Source of the DNA: Leptogorgia sarmentosa
Lineage: Eukaryota
Direction of reading: 5' to 3'
DNA length: 64,000 nt
Assembly (NCBI GenBank): GCA_964658305.1
Contig: OZ210885.1
Span: 9,114,001-9,178,000 of the forward strand
The notes beneath the pieces are model-generated. The model did not search any database. It was given only the letters and a program-made list of their open reading frames with translations, and was not told the DNA's origin. Below, piece after piece: positions 25,026 to 38,394 of this stretch. The translations under genes were made by a program, and so were the position numbers. Position 1 is the first letter of the stretch. Each line of letters begins with the position of its first letter.

Positions 25026-28000
25026 ATGACTGACGGAGATGAACACTCAATCGAAAAACTGAAAAAAATTCGCAGCACCGCGAAGGCAAACGTGACACGT
25101 AAGATAAATAGACTTGACGAACTTATGGCTAGCAACAATATTCAAGCTGTGGAAGAGACGAAAAACGACCTTTATGCAACTGTTAACGAATTTCAACTAG
25201 CGCATAAAGCCTGTCATGAAAAACTCGATTGTGAAGAGGAGAAGTCGAACTCGTCTAAATATTGCGCGGCCGTCTTAGAAGAAGCGGAAAAGCAGAAAAC
25301 CAAGGTACATCTTTGGCTAACCGAACAACCAAAGAATGATACTGCCCCAACAGGGTTCGACATCCGCCCCGACGATTCGATTAGCAACGTCAGTTCCGTG
25401 CGGTCAAAAAAGTCTAAGTCTAGCTCCGTGAGAAGTTCAGCAAGTGCCAAAGCAAGAGCGGCTGCGAGAAAGGCAGCGTTAGAAGCTAAGGCCACGTCGC
25501 TTCAAAGGTTGCATGAAATTCAGTACGAGGAATTGAAGCTTCAACAAAGGAAGGCTGAAATAGAGCTTCAAGCTGAGATAGATGTTGCAGAAGCTGAACG
25601 AAGGGTATACGAAGAGAGTGAAGTTGAAGAAATGTATGGTCAAGTAAAAAAGGGCACCCATTCGTCTGAATATCCCGAACAAATGAACCATGCTTCTACC
25701 AGTAGTCCTGCTATACAGTCGAGCAAACAACACGCTCAGCCAAATATTCCCAATCGACTATCGAAAGATCAGCTGGAAAACCCTATTGCGTTAAAGTTAC
25801 TTCGTGATCCTAAAGAGCATTACGGCGACAAGGCGGTTCAAAAGGATCAGAAGACGAAGAATCACCATGAAAGTTTTCGTGACGAGTCATTTCAAATGCT
25901 AATGGAAACACAGGATCGTCAAAATACCGTATTGCGGCAGTTGATTGAGCAACAACAACAAGGCGTTATGGCGTTAACGCTACCCCAGCCCACGATGCAG
26001 ATCTTTAATGGTGATCCAACAAGCTACTGTGATTTCGTTCGTGCCTTCGAGCATCTAGTCGAAAGAAAAACTACATGTCCCAGTGCGCGATTGTACTACC
26101 TTGTACAATACACCTCGGGTCATGTACAAGAATTAATGAAGAGCTGCCTTTCAATGAAACCTAGCGAAGGATACATGGAAGCAACACGGCTGTTAAAGGA
26201 AAGATATGGTCAAAGCTATCAGATCGCATCTGCGCACGTAGATCGCTTGATCAATGGCCCTGTCATAAAGGCTGACGACGGTGTAGAGCTTCAGAGATAT
26301 TCCATCCAATTAACGAGTTGTGCTAACACGTTGAAGGAAATTGGCTGTATTGGGAAACTGGACAACCCAGAGAATCTGCGAGGGATCATCAACCGTCTTC
26401 CCACCGCAATACGATTTAAATGGCGAGATGCAGTTGACCGGATTGTGGATCAAGAAAGGAGAGACGTAACAATCGATGACGTCACGAAGTTTGTAACAAG
26501 TCGAGCGAGAGCTGCAAATCATCCTGTGTTTGGAAAGGTAGACAGAGAAAAGAAGGAAAAGACTGATCCTGACCAAAGGCGACCGCGTCCATCTGGCGGA
26601 ATCAGAGCAAATGGATTCGCGACTCACGGTGAACAGGGCAATCAGGATGGAGCAACAAAACCAAAGAGATGTCCATCGTGTAAACAGAATCATTGGCTTT
26701 CGCGTTGTGAAGGGTTCCGTAAACGGTCGTTAGAAGACAGGCTGAAGTTTGTAAAGGACAAGAAGTTATGCAATAACTGTTTACTTCCTGGTCATTACGT
26801 TCGTTCCTGTACGAAGCCGAGTTTTTGCAAGGTTCCAGAATGCAATGGAAAACACTCGACCTTCCTTCATCTGAGGGGCAACACATGCAACAAGAAGACC
26901 GATCCCCAACACAAGGAAGAACCTGAGGAGCTAGGGGAGGAATCAGCAGCAGCCCATACTGCTTATGTCAAGATGTCCACAAAACCAAATGTCTCAGCAC
27001 GCAGTTCAACCGCTACAGCATTGGCTATTGTCCCAGTTCGAGTGAAAGCGAAAGGAGGGTCAGCGTTCGTGGAAACGTACGCATTCCTCGATTCAGGATC
27101 GAATACTTCGTTCTGCACTGAAACCCTGCTAAAGCAACTGAACGTTAGTGGAAGCATGACGAATCTTTCGTTGACAACAATACATGGAGAAAATGTACCT
27201 ACTCAGTGTTCCTTGGTAAGCCTCGAAGTGTCTGATCTCAATGCTGTGAATCATGTTGACCTACCAGTGGTGTATTCAAGACCATCCCTACCAATCTCGC
27301 CGGACGCAATTGGCAAAGAAGAAGATATTCACCGTTGGGAACATTTGAAAGGTTTATCCTTGCCAGAAATCGATGCTGAGATTGGTCTTCTCATTGGCAG
27401 CGATGTACCAGAAGCCTTACAGCCCATTGAAGTGCGCCCTAGTGAAAATGGTGGTCCGTTTGCAACCAGGACAGTCTTTGGACGGGTATTGAATGGTCCT
27501 CTTCACAGAAGCAAATCAAAGATTCCTACCGCCAACTTTGTGCAATCGACTAATGCATTAGAACGCCAGTTTCACAATTACTGCAACCGTGAGTTTAACG
27601 ATTTGAATTACGAAGTAGAACCAGCAATGTCCCAGAACGACAAAAGGGCCTTAAAGATTATGGAAGACTCCATCGAGTTAGTCAATGGACATTATGTAAT
27701 TGCCCTACCGTGGAAAAGGTATCCACCACGATTGCAAACCAACCGACCCTTAGCTGAACAACGACTGAATTCGCTCAAAAGACGACTCCAACGAGAACCT
27801 ATCGTGCACGAGAAGTACACGGCGTTCATGAACGACCTACTGAGCAAAGATTACGCGAGAAAGGTGAACTACGAAGACCACGATTCGCCAAAAATCCTTT
27901 GGTACCTTCCCCACCACCCAGTATTGAATCCTCACAAACCCGAGAAGGTTCGAGTAGTCTTCGATTGCTCTGCTAAATACGGTAATACGTCACTCAACGA

Positions 28001-30918
28001 CCAACTGCTACAGGGGCCGGATATGACCAACACTTTAGTCGGAGTACTCACAAGGTTCAGAGAAGAAAGAGTGGCTATGACATCAGATATCGAGTCCATG
28101 TTCTACCAAGTGCGTGTGCAACAAAGCGACCGTAGCGCGTTAAGATTCTTGTGGTGGCCAAATGGAAGGTTCGATAAACCAGTTGAAGAATACGAAATGC
28201 AGGTACATCTATTTGGCGGAGCATCATCACCCAGCTGAGCAAACTTTGCCCTGAAACAGACAGCAGAAGACAACAAGGCAGAGTTCGATCCGCAAACCGT
28301 TGAAACAGTCAGAAAGAATTTTTATGTTGACGACTGTCTCAAGTCAGTGAAATCCGACGAGGAAGCAGTTAGAATGGCGAGTCAATTACGTGAATTGCTA
28401 TCGAGAGGTGGCTTTAGATTGACCAAGTGGAATTCGACGTCACAAAGACTTATCAAGTCCTTGCCAGAGTCAGAAAGAGCGGAGAAAATCAAAGATCTCA
28501 ACTTCGACAATTTATCGATCGAAAGAGTTTTGGGGGTCCAATGGAACGTCTCAACCGACCAGTTTGGGTTCAGCATCGTCATCAAAGACCGTCCCATGAC
28601 TAGGAGAGGACTACTGTCCGTCGTAAGTTCAGTGTTTGACCCGTTGGGATTCGTTTGCCCATTCATCCTCCAAGCGAAGCGAATTCTGCAAGATTTATGC
28701 CGAATGAAGCTGGACTGGGACGAACCAATTCCTGAGAAGTTCCAAGACCGCTGGCGATCATGGTTGCAAGATCTACCAAGATTGGAAGAATTGGAAATCG
28801 ACCGTTGCTTCAAACCCAACGATGAAGAAATCATGTCAAGTCAACTGCATCACTTCGCAGACGCTTCCCAGGAAGGATACGAAGCAGTTACATACCTGAG
28901 AATCGAGAACAAACAACAAGAAGTCAAATGTTCGTTTGTCATGGGAAAATCGCGCCTTGCCCCAATCAAGTCAGTAACAATTTCTCGTATGGAACTATCC
29001 GCGGCTGTAACGGCAGTTAAGTTAAACAAGATGTGTCATGCGGAATTAAGCCTACCAGTTGAAGAAACACTTTTCTGGACAGACAGTACCTGCGTACTCA
29101 AATACTTGGAGAACGAAGATAAGCGTTTTCAAACCTTCGTTGCGAACCGCATCAGCGTGATACGAGAAACGTCCTCCTTGGAACAGTGGCACTACGTCAA
29201 CACTGATGACAATCCTGCAGATGATGCATCCAGAGGAGTCTCAGCTACTCAACTGCATCGCTGGATACACGGTCCAACCTTTCTGCAGCAACCAACTAGC
29301 ACCTGGCCTCGACGCCCGGAAGGTATTGACCGGAAAATCGCGCCAGACGATCCTGAAGTCAAGAAGGAATTGGCGGCATTCGCATGCGAGACCATTAGTC
29401 CGGATCTCATTACCACAGTTATATCCAGATGTTCATCGTGGAGTCGACTGATAAGAGTTGTTGCTTGGACTCTGAAATATATTTCAATTCTGCTGCGGCG
29501 TGTACGAGCGAAGAAGAACGGTAGAAAAATTATGCCAACGACAACGATTGCCCCAATAACCGTCCCCGAATTGCGTGGAGCTGAGAAAGAGATTGTCGAA
29601 CACGTTCAACGAGAAGCCTTTTCAGAAGAGATCAGCGTACTAATGAAGTACGAAAGAGGAGGATCAAATCCCAAGGCGATAAAGAAATCGAGCAGTATCT
29701 ATCAACTGGATCCTGTTGTCAATGACGGCCTGTTACGTGTTGGTGGTCGCCTACGACGAGCCCAGATCAGCGAGGAAGCGAAGCACCCAAGTATTCTGCC
29801 AAAAACCCACCACATCGTCACCATAATCGTCAATTATTACCACCATGTCGCGGGACATTCAGGCGTGGAGCACACATTGTCCCTCATTCGAGAAAGATAC
29901 TGGATAGTAAACGGAAGGTCAACGGTCAAGAATATTATCGGAAAATGCTACAGCTGCCGAAAACGTCAATCCCCAGTGTCCCAACAGAAGATGGCTGACT
30001 TACCACGTGATAGAGTTACACCTTCAAAGCCGCCATTCACTTATACTGGCGTCGATTGCTTTGGACCGTTCGAAGTGAAACGAGGAAGATCAACCGTTAA
30101 GCGATACGGCGTCCTTTTCACCTGCCTCACTGTTCGTGCGATCCACATCGAAGTAGCCGCGTCCTTAGATACAGAATCCTTCATCAACGCTCTTAGGCGT
30201 TTCATTGCTCGAAGGGGTCAGCCCGAAGAAATACGCTCAGACAATGGAGGAAACTTCGTAAAGGGTGAGAAGGAACTCAAGCGAGCAGTGAATGACTGGA
30301 ATCAGACCCATATTCACGAAGCCCTTTTGCAACAAAACGTTAAATGGACCTTCAACCCACCAGCCGGATCTCATCATGGTGGCGTATGGGAAAGGTGCAT
30401 ACGGACGGTCAGAAAGGTTATCCTGGCAACCTTGAAGGAGCAGCAGTTGGATGACGAATCTCTCAACACCCTCATGTGCGAAGTAGAGTCTGTGGTGAAC
30501 GGCAGACCTATTACCAAATTGTCGGACGACCCCCGAGACAACGAACCCTTGACCCCCAACCATCTACTGTTACTACGCTCGGGATCAAGCCTCCCACCTG
30601 GTATTTTCTGCAAGGAAGATGGTTATGGAAGAAGAAGATGGCGTCAAGTACAGTATATGGCAAACGTGTTCTGGCGCCGTTGGTTAAAGGAATTCCTCCC
30701 GTCCCTCCAACGAAGACAGAAGTGGAGTATTCCACAGAGAAATTTCACAGTCAACGACGTAGTTTTGGTTTTGGACGAGAACAAGCCACGGTGCAATTGG
30801 CCTCTCGGACGCGTGGTTGAAGTCTATACAAACGCTGGTGACAAGCTCAAGCATCTGAACTTGTGAGACCAGTGGACAAGATCGTGCTACTGGAGGAAGA
30901 CCAGACAATGAAGCGATG
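25026..30918 (+). pseudogene. BEL/Pao gag-pol polyprotein, copy 1 (nonsense codon in RT; frameshift at integrase C-terminus)
   Basis: Triple Zn knuckle, FLDSGS protease, YLPHH / DIESMF / YVDD RT, FADAS RNase H, GVDCFGP / SDNGGNF integrase; TGA at 28236-28238; net 25-bp deletion near 30850. Confidence 0.95.
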
Positions 30919-31035
30919 AACAAGTAACGTACTGTACCTTCCTCAACCTACTTTTTAGTATACTCGAGTTGTTTCAAACCATTTGTTATGTTAGTTATTA
31001 GTAAAGGCTCATAATCCGCCTTTAAGGGGCCGGTA

Positions 31036-31618
31036 TGTAGGTTTGAAACTTGACTTACACCTTGCCATTTCCATGGTAACGTAGCGCATGCACATGTTTA
31101 GGGGTTTAGTTTAGGTTTCGGGTTTCAATGTTATACAAAGGCTGCAGTCGCCTGCAGAGCGAGAACGCTAAGCAAACTATTATCAAGTAACGCGGTCGAA
31201 AGATCTATTTTTGTTATACAAGTTGGTGTGCGCCGACCAAAGTAAGTTATATTCACCTTGTCGTATAGTTAGTTTTGGTCTTATCTTATTATCTATAGCG
31301 TAACATGTTGTAGTATTCATGTATATGCATGTTAGTCTTGCGCGCATGCCGTAATCTGTGTAATTCTTTTCCTAATTGTATAGTTCGAACCATACTCATT
31401 CCATACCAATCCTATTAATCATCTATCTATCGATACCTACAACCTTTAATCTCAACCTGCTACCAAGCTATATCGACAACAGAACATTCATTATTAACTG
31501 GTATTAAAGTTATTGTTTGGTGTGTGTATGTGTGTGAAGTTCGTATTATTGCTGCGCATCATACTTGTATTGACTCTTGGACATTGCGTCTTTCAATAAT
31601 CTGCCCAGAGAGTCTACA
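31036..31618 (+). repeat. LTR 2 (583 bp, shared central LTR)
   Basis: Preceded by purine-rich tract AAGGGGCCGGTA; followed by the same leader as LTR 1. Confidence 0.95.
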
Positions 31619-31814
31619 TTAGTTCGAATTTGAAGGCACAGTTTACTAAAATCCTGCGCTCGAAGCAAATATTCACAGAGCACATCGTGTTACTGACGCG
31701 TTACATTTCAATCAAGTCCGATCAAGGCTGTCAACACGCTCGGCGGTGATCGACTTAACTGCGCCTGCGGCAACCGTATCAAATAATCCATGTCTACGTA
31801 GTTAACACCTGAGA

Positions 31815-34800
31815 ATGACTGACGGAGATGAACACTCAATCGAAAAACTGAAAAAAATTCGCAGCACCGCGAAGGCAAACGTGACACGTAAGATAAATAG
31901 ACTTGACGAACTTATGGCTAGCAACAATATTCAAGCTGTGGAAGAGACGAAAAACGACCTTTATGCAACTGTTAACGAATTTCAACTAGCGCATAAAGCC
32001 TGTCATGAAAAACTCGATTGTGAAGAGGAGAAGTCGAACTCGTCTAAATATTGCGCGGCCGTCTTAGAAGAAGCGGAAAAGCAGAAAACCAAGGTACATC
32101 TTTGGCTAACCGAACAACAAAAGAATGATACTGCCCCAACAGGGTTCGACATCCGCCCCGACGATTCGATTAGCAACGTCAGTTCCGTGCGGTCAAAAAA
32201 GTCTAAGTCTAGCTCCGTGAGAAGTTCAGCAAGTGCCAAAGCAAGAGCGGCTGCGAGAAAGGCAGCGTTAGAAGCTAAGGCCACGTCGCTTCAAAGGTTG
32301 CATGAAATTCAGTACGAGGAATTGAAGCTTCAACAAAGGAAGGCTGAAATAGAGCTTCAAGCTGAGATAGATGTTGCAGAAGCTGAACGAAGGGTATACG
32401 AAGAGAGTGAAGTTGAAGAAATGTATGGTCAAGTAAAAAAGAGCACCCATTCGTCTGAATATCCCGAACAAATGAACCATGCTTCTACCAGTAGTCCTGC
32501 TATACAGTCGAGCAAACAACACGCTCAGCCAAATATTCCCAATCGACTATCGAAAGATCAGCTGGAAAACCCTATTGCGTTAAAGTTACTTCGTGATCCT
32601 AAAGAGCATTACGGCGACAAGGCGGTTCAAAAGGATCAGAAGACGAAGAATCACCATGAAAGTTTTCGTGACGAGTCATTTCAAATGCTAATGGAAACAC
32701 AGGATCGTCAAAATACCGTATTGCGGCAGTTGATTGAGCAACAACAACAAGGCGTTATGGCGTTAACGCTACCCCAGCCCACGATGCAGATCTTTAATGG
32801 TGATCCAACAAGCTACTGTGATTTCGTTCGTGCCTTCGAGCATCTAGTCGAAAGAAAAACTACATGTCCCAGTGCGCGATTGTACTACCTTGTACAATAC
32901 ACCTCGGGTCATGTACAAGAATTAATGAAGAGCTGCCTTTCAATGAAACCTAGCGAAGGATACATGGAAGCAACACGGCTGTTAAAGGAAAGATATGGTC
33001 AAAGCTATCAGATCGCATCTGCGCACGTAGATCGCTTGATCAATGGCCCTGTCATAAAGGCTGACGACGGTGTAGAGCTTCAGAGATATTCCATCCAATT
33101 AACGAGTTGTGCTAACACGTTGAAGGAAATTGGCTGTATTGGGAAACTGGACAACCCAGAGAATCTGCGAGGGATCATCAACCGTCTTCCCACCGCAATA
33201 CGAGATGCAGTTGACCGGATTGTGGATCAAGAAAGGAGAGACGTAACAATCGATGACGTCACGAAGTTTGTAACAAGTCGAGCGAGAGCTGCAAATCATC
33301 CTGTGTTTGGAAAGGTAGACAGAGAAAAGAAGGAAAAGACTGATCCTGACCAAAGGCGACCGCGTCCATCTGGCGGAATCAGAGCAAATGGATTCGCGAC
33401 TCACGGTGAACAGGGCAATCAGGATGGAGCAACAAAACCAAAGACATGTCCATCGTGTAAACAGAATCATTGGCTTTCGCGTTGTGAAGGGTTCCGTAAA
33501 CGGTCGTTAGAAGACAGGCTGAAGTTTGTAAAGGACAAGAAGTTATGCAATAACTGTTTACTTCCTGGTCATTACGTTCGTTCCTGTACGAAGCCGAGTT
33601 TTTGCAAGGTTCCAGAATGCAATGGAAAACACTCGACCTTCCTTCATCCGAGGGGCAACACATGCAACAAGAAGACCGATCCCCAACACAAGGAAGAACC
33701 TGAGGAGCTAGGGGAGGAATCAGCAGCAGCCCATACTGCTTATGTCAAGATGTCCACAAAGCCAAATGTCTCAGCACGCAGTTCAACCGCTACAGCATTG
33801 GCTATTGTCCCAGTTCGAGTGAAAGCGAAAGGAGGGTCAGCGTTCGTGGAAACGTACGCATTCCTCGATTCAAACCCTGCTAAAGCAACTGAACGTTAGT
33901 GGAAGCATGACGAATCTTTCGTTGACAACAATACATGGAGAAAATGTACCTACTCAGTGTTCCTTGGTAAGCCTCGAAGTGTCTGATCTCAATGCTGTGA
34001 ATTATGTTAACCTACCAGTGGTGTATTCAAGACCATCCCTACCTATCTCGCCGGACGCAATTGGCAAAGAAGAAGATATTCACCGTTGGGAACATTTGAA
34101 GGGTTTATCCTTGCCAGAAATCGATGCTGAGATTGGTCTTCTCATTGGCAGCGATGTACCAGAAGCCTTACAGCCCATTGAAGTGCGCCCTAGTGAAAAT
34201 GGTGGTCCGTTTGCAACCAGGACAGTCTTTGGATGGGTATTGAATGGTCCTCTTCACAGAAGCAAATCAAAGATTCCTACCGCCAACTTTGTGCAATCGA
34301 CTAATGCATTAGAACGCCAGTTTCACAATTACTGCAACCGTGAGTTTAACGATTCGAACTACGAAGTAGAACCAGCAATGTCCCAGAACGACAAAAGGGC
34401 CTTAAAGATTATGGAAGACTCCATCGAGTTAGTCAATGGACATTATGTAATTGCCCTACCGTGGAAAAGGTATCCACCACGATTGCAAACCAACCGACCC
34501 TTAGCTGAACAACGACTGAATTCGCTCAAAAGACGACTCCAACGAGAACCTATCGTGCACGAGAAGTACACGGCGTTCATGAACGACCTACTGAGCAAAG
34601 ATTACGCGAGAAAGGTGAACTACGAAGACCACAATTCGCCAAAAATCCTTTGGTACCTTCCCCACCACCCAGTATTGAATCCTCACAAACCCGAGAAGGT
34701 TAGAGTAGTCTTCGATTGCTCTGCTAAATACGGTAATACGTCACTCAACGACCAACTGCTACAGGGGCCGGATATGACCAAAACTTTAGTCGGAGTACTC

Positions 34801-37695
34801 ACAAGGTTCAGAGAAGAAAGAGTGGCTATGACGTCAGATATCGAGTCCATGTTCTACCAAGTGCGTGTGCAACAAAGCGACCGTAGCGCGTTAAGATTCT
34901 TGTGGTGGCCAAATGGAAGGTTCGATGAACCAGTTGAAGAATACGAAATGCAGGTACATCTATTTGGCGGAGCATCATCACCCAGCTGTGCAAACTTTGC
35001 CCTGAAACAGACAGCAGAAGACAACAAGGCAGAGTTCGATCCGCAAACCGTTGAAACAGTCAGAAAGAATTTTTATGTTGACGACTGTCTCAAGTCAGTG
35101 AAATCCGACGAGGAAGCAGTTAGAATGGCGAGTCAATTACGTGAATTGCTATCGAGAGGTGGCTTTAGATTGACCAAGTGGAATTCGACGTCACAAAGAC
35201 TTATCAAGTCCTTGCGAGAGTCAGAAAGAGCGGAGAAAATCAAAGATCTCAACTTCGACAATTTATCGATCGAAAGAGTTTTGGGGGTCCAATGGAACGT
35301 CTCAACCGACCAGTTTGGGTTCAGCATCGTCATCAAAGACCGTCCCATGACTAGGAGAGGACTACTGTCCGTCGTAAGTTCAGTGTTTGACCCGTTGGGA
35401 TTCGTTTGCCCATTCATCCTCCAAGCGAAGCGAATTCTGCAAGATTTTTGCCGAATGAAGCTGGACTGGGACGAACCAATTCCTGAGAAGTTCCAAGACC
35501 GCTGGCGATCATGGTTGCAAGATCTACCAAGATTGGAAGAATTGGAAATCGACCGTTGCTTCAAACCCAACGATGAAGAAATCATGTCAAGTCAACTGCA
35601 TCACTTCGCAGACGCTTCCCAGGAAGGATACGGAGCAGTTACATACCTGAGAATCGAGAACAAACAACAAGAAGTCAAATGTTCGTTTGTCATGGGAAAA
35701 TCGCGCCTTGCCCCAATCAAGTCAGTAACAATTCCTCGTATGGAACTATCCGCGGCTGTAACGGCAGTTAAGTTAAACAAGATGTGTCATGCGGAATTAA
35801 GCCTACCAGTTGAAGAAACACTTTTCTGGACAGACAGTACCTGCGTACTCAAATACTTGGAGAACGAAGATAAGCGTTTTCAAACCTTCGTTGCGAACCG
35901 CATCAGCGTGATACGAGAAACGTCCTCCTTGGAACAGTGGCACTACGTCAACACTGATGACAATCCTGCAGATGATGCATCCAGAGGAGTCTCAGCTACT
36001 CAACTGCATCGCTGGATACACGGTCCAACCTTTCTGCAGCAACCAACTAGCACCTGGCCTCGACGCCCGGAAGGTATTGACCGGAAAATCGCGCCAGACG
36101 ATCCTGAAGTCAAGAAGGAATTGGCGGCATTCGCATGCGAGACCATTAGTCCGGATCTCATTACCACAGTTATATCCAGATGTTCATCGTGGAGTCGACT
36201 GATAAGAGTTGTTGCTTGGACTCTGAAATATATTTCAATTCTGCTGCGGCGTGTACGAGCGAAGAAGAACGGTAGAAAAATTATGCCAACGACAACGATT
36301 GCCCCAATAACCGTCCCCGAATTGCGTGGAGCTGAGAAAGAGATTGTCGAACACGTTCAACGAGAAGCCTTTTCAGAAGAGATCAGCGTACTAATGAAGT
36401 ACGAAAGAGGAGGATCAAATCCCAAGGCGATAAAGAAATCGAGCAGTATCTATCAACTGGATCCTGTTGTCAATGACGGCCTGTTACGTGTTGGTGGTCG
36501 CCTACGACGAGCCCAGATCAGCGAGGAAGCGAAGCACCCAAGTATTCTGCCAAAAACCCACCACATCGTCACCCTAATCGTCAATTATTACCACCATGTC
36601 GCGGGACATTCAGGCGTGGAGCACACATTGTCCCTCATTCGAGAAAGATACTGGATAGTCAACGGAAGGTCAACGGTCAAGAATATTATCGGAAAATGCT
36701 ACAGCTGCCGAAAACGTCAATCCCCAGTGTCCCAACAGAAGATGGCTGACTTACCACGTGATAGAGTTACACCTTCAAAGCCGCCATTCACTTATACTGG
36801 CGTCGATTGCTTTGGACCGTTCGAAGTGAAACGAGGAAGATCAACCGTTAAGCGATACGGCGTCCTTTTCACCTGCCTCACTGTTCGTGCGATCCACATC
36901 GAAGTAGCCGCGTCCTTAGATACAGAATCCTTCATCAACGCTCTTAGGCGTTTCATTGCTCGAAGGGGTCAGCCCGAAAAAATACGCTCAGACAATGGAG
37001 GAAACTTCGTAAAGGGTGAGAAGGAACTCAAGCGAGCAGTGAATGACTGGAATCAGACCCATATTCACGAAGCCCTTTTGCAACAAAACGTTAAATGGAC
37101 CTTCAACCCACCAGCCGGATCTCATCATGGTGGCGTATGGGAGAGGTGCATACGGACGGTCAGAAAGGTTATCCTGGCAACCTTGAAGGAGCAGCAGTTG
37201 GATGACGAATCTCTCAACACCCTCATGTGCGAAGTAGAGTCTGTGGTGAACGGCAGACCTATTACCAAATTGTCGGACGACCCCCGAGACAACGAACCCT
37301 TGACCCCCAACCATCTACTGTTACTACGCTCGGGATCAAGCCTCCCACCTGGTATTTTCTGCAAGGAAGATGGTTATGGAAGAAGAAGATGGCGTCAAGT
37401 ACAGTATATGGCAAACGTGTTCTGGCGCCGTTGGTTAAAGGAATACCTCCCGTCCCTCCAACGAAGACAGAAGTGGAGTATTCCACAGAGAAATTTCACA
37501 GTCAACGACGTAGTTTTGGTTTTGGACGAGAACAAGCCACGGTGCAATTGGCCTCTCGGACGCGTGGTTGAAGTCTATACAAACGCTGGTGACAAGCTCG
37601 TGCGATCAGTAAAGTTGAAGACGAGTTCATCTGAACTTGTGAGACCAGTGGACAAGATCGTGCTACTGGAGGAAGACCAGACAATGAAGCGATGA
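31815..37695 (+). pseudogene. BEL/Pao gag-pol polyprotein, copy 2 (protease frameshift; RT-RH-IN open for 1262 aa)
   Basis: 12-bp in-frame deletion (FKWR) in gag; 26-bp deletion at the DSG motif near 33871; ORF 33907-37695 intact to the stop. Confidence 0.95.
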
Positions 37696-37811
37696 ACAAG
37701 TAACGTACTGTACCTTCCTCAACCTACTTTTTAGTATACTCGAGTTGTTTCAAACCATTTGTTATGTTAGTTATTAGTAAAGGCTCATAATCCGCCTTTA
37801 AGAGGCCGGTA

Positions 37812-38394
37812 TGTAGGTTTGAAACTTGACTTATACCTTGCCATTTCCATGGTAACGTAGCGCATGCACATGTTTAGGGGTTTAGTTTAGGTTTCGGGTT
37901 TCAATGTTATACAAAGGCTGCAGTCGCCTGCAGAGCGAGAACGCTAAGCAAACTATTATCAAGTAACGCGGTCGAAAGATCTATTTTTGTTATACAAGTT
38001 GGTGTGCGCCGACCAAAGTAAGTTATATTCACCTTGTCGTATAGTTAGTTTTGGTCTTATCTTATTATCTATAGCGTAACATGTTGTAGTATTCATGTAT
38101 ATGCATGTTAGTCTTGCGCGCATGCCGTAATCTGTGTAATTCTTTTCCTAATTGTATAGTTCGAACCATACTCATTCCATACCAATCCTATTAATCATCT
38201 ATCTATCGATACCTACAACCTTTAATCTCAACCTGCTACCAAGCTATATCGACAACAGAACATTCATTATTAACTGGTATTAAAGTTATTGTTTGGTGTG
38301 TGTATGTGTGTGAAGTTCGTATTATTGCTGCGCATCATACTTGTATTGACTCTTGGACATTGCGTCTTTCAATAATCTGCCCAGAGAGTCTACA
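37812..38394 (+). repeat. LTR 3 (583 bp)
   Basis: Direct repeat followed by TSD TAGAC. Confidence 0.95.

Larger units (their letters stand above)
24257..38394 (+). mobile_element. Tandem dimer of a BEL/Pao LTR retrotransposon sharing a central LTR
   Basis: Three LTRs TGTAG...CTACA; 5-bp TSD TAGAC at 24252-24256 and 38395-38399; two gag-PR-RT-RH-IN regions about 6.78 kb apart. Confidence 0.97.

Noticed and set aside
28236..28238. Programmed readthrough or selenocysteine at TGA replacing Cys in RT
   Set aside because: The sister copy has TGT, and copy 1 carries other damaging changes; a simple nonsense mutation is more parsimonious. No SECIS was recognised.
33871..33907. Programmed gag-pol frameshift in copy 2
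   Set aside because: Explained by a 26-bp deletion relative to copy 1 that destroys the protease active-site motif.
25214..37699. Antisense and alternative-frame ORFs within the BEL element
   Set aside because: Shadow ORFs of the polyprotein with no recognisable domains; duplicated only because the element is.
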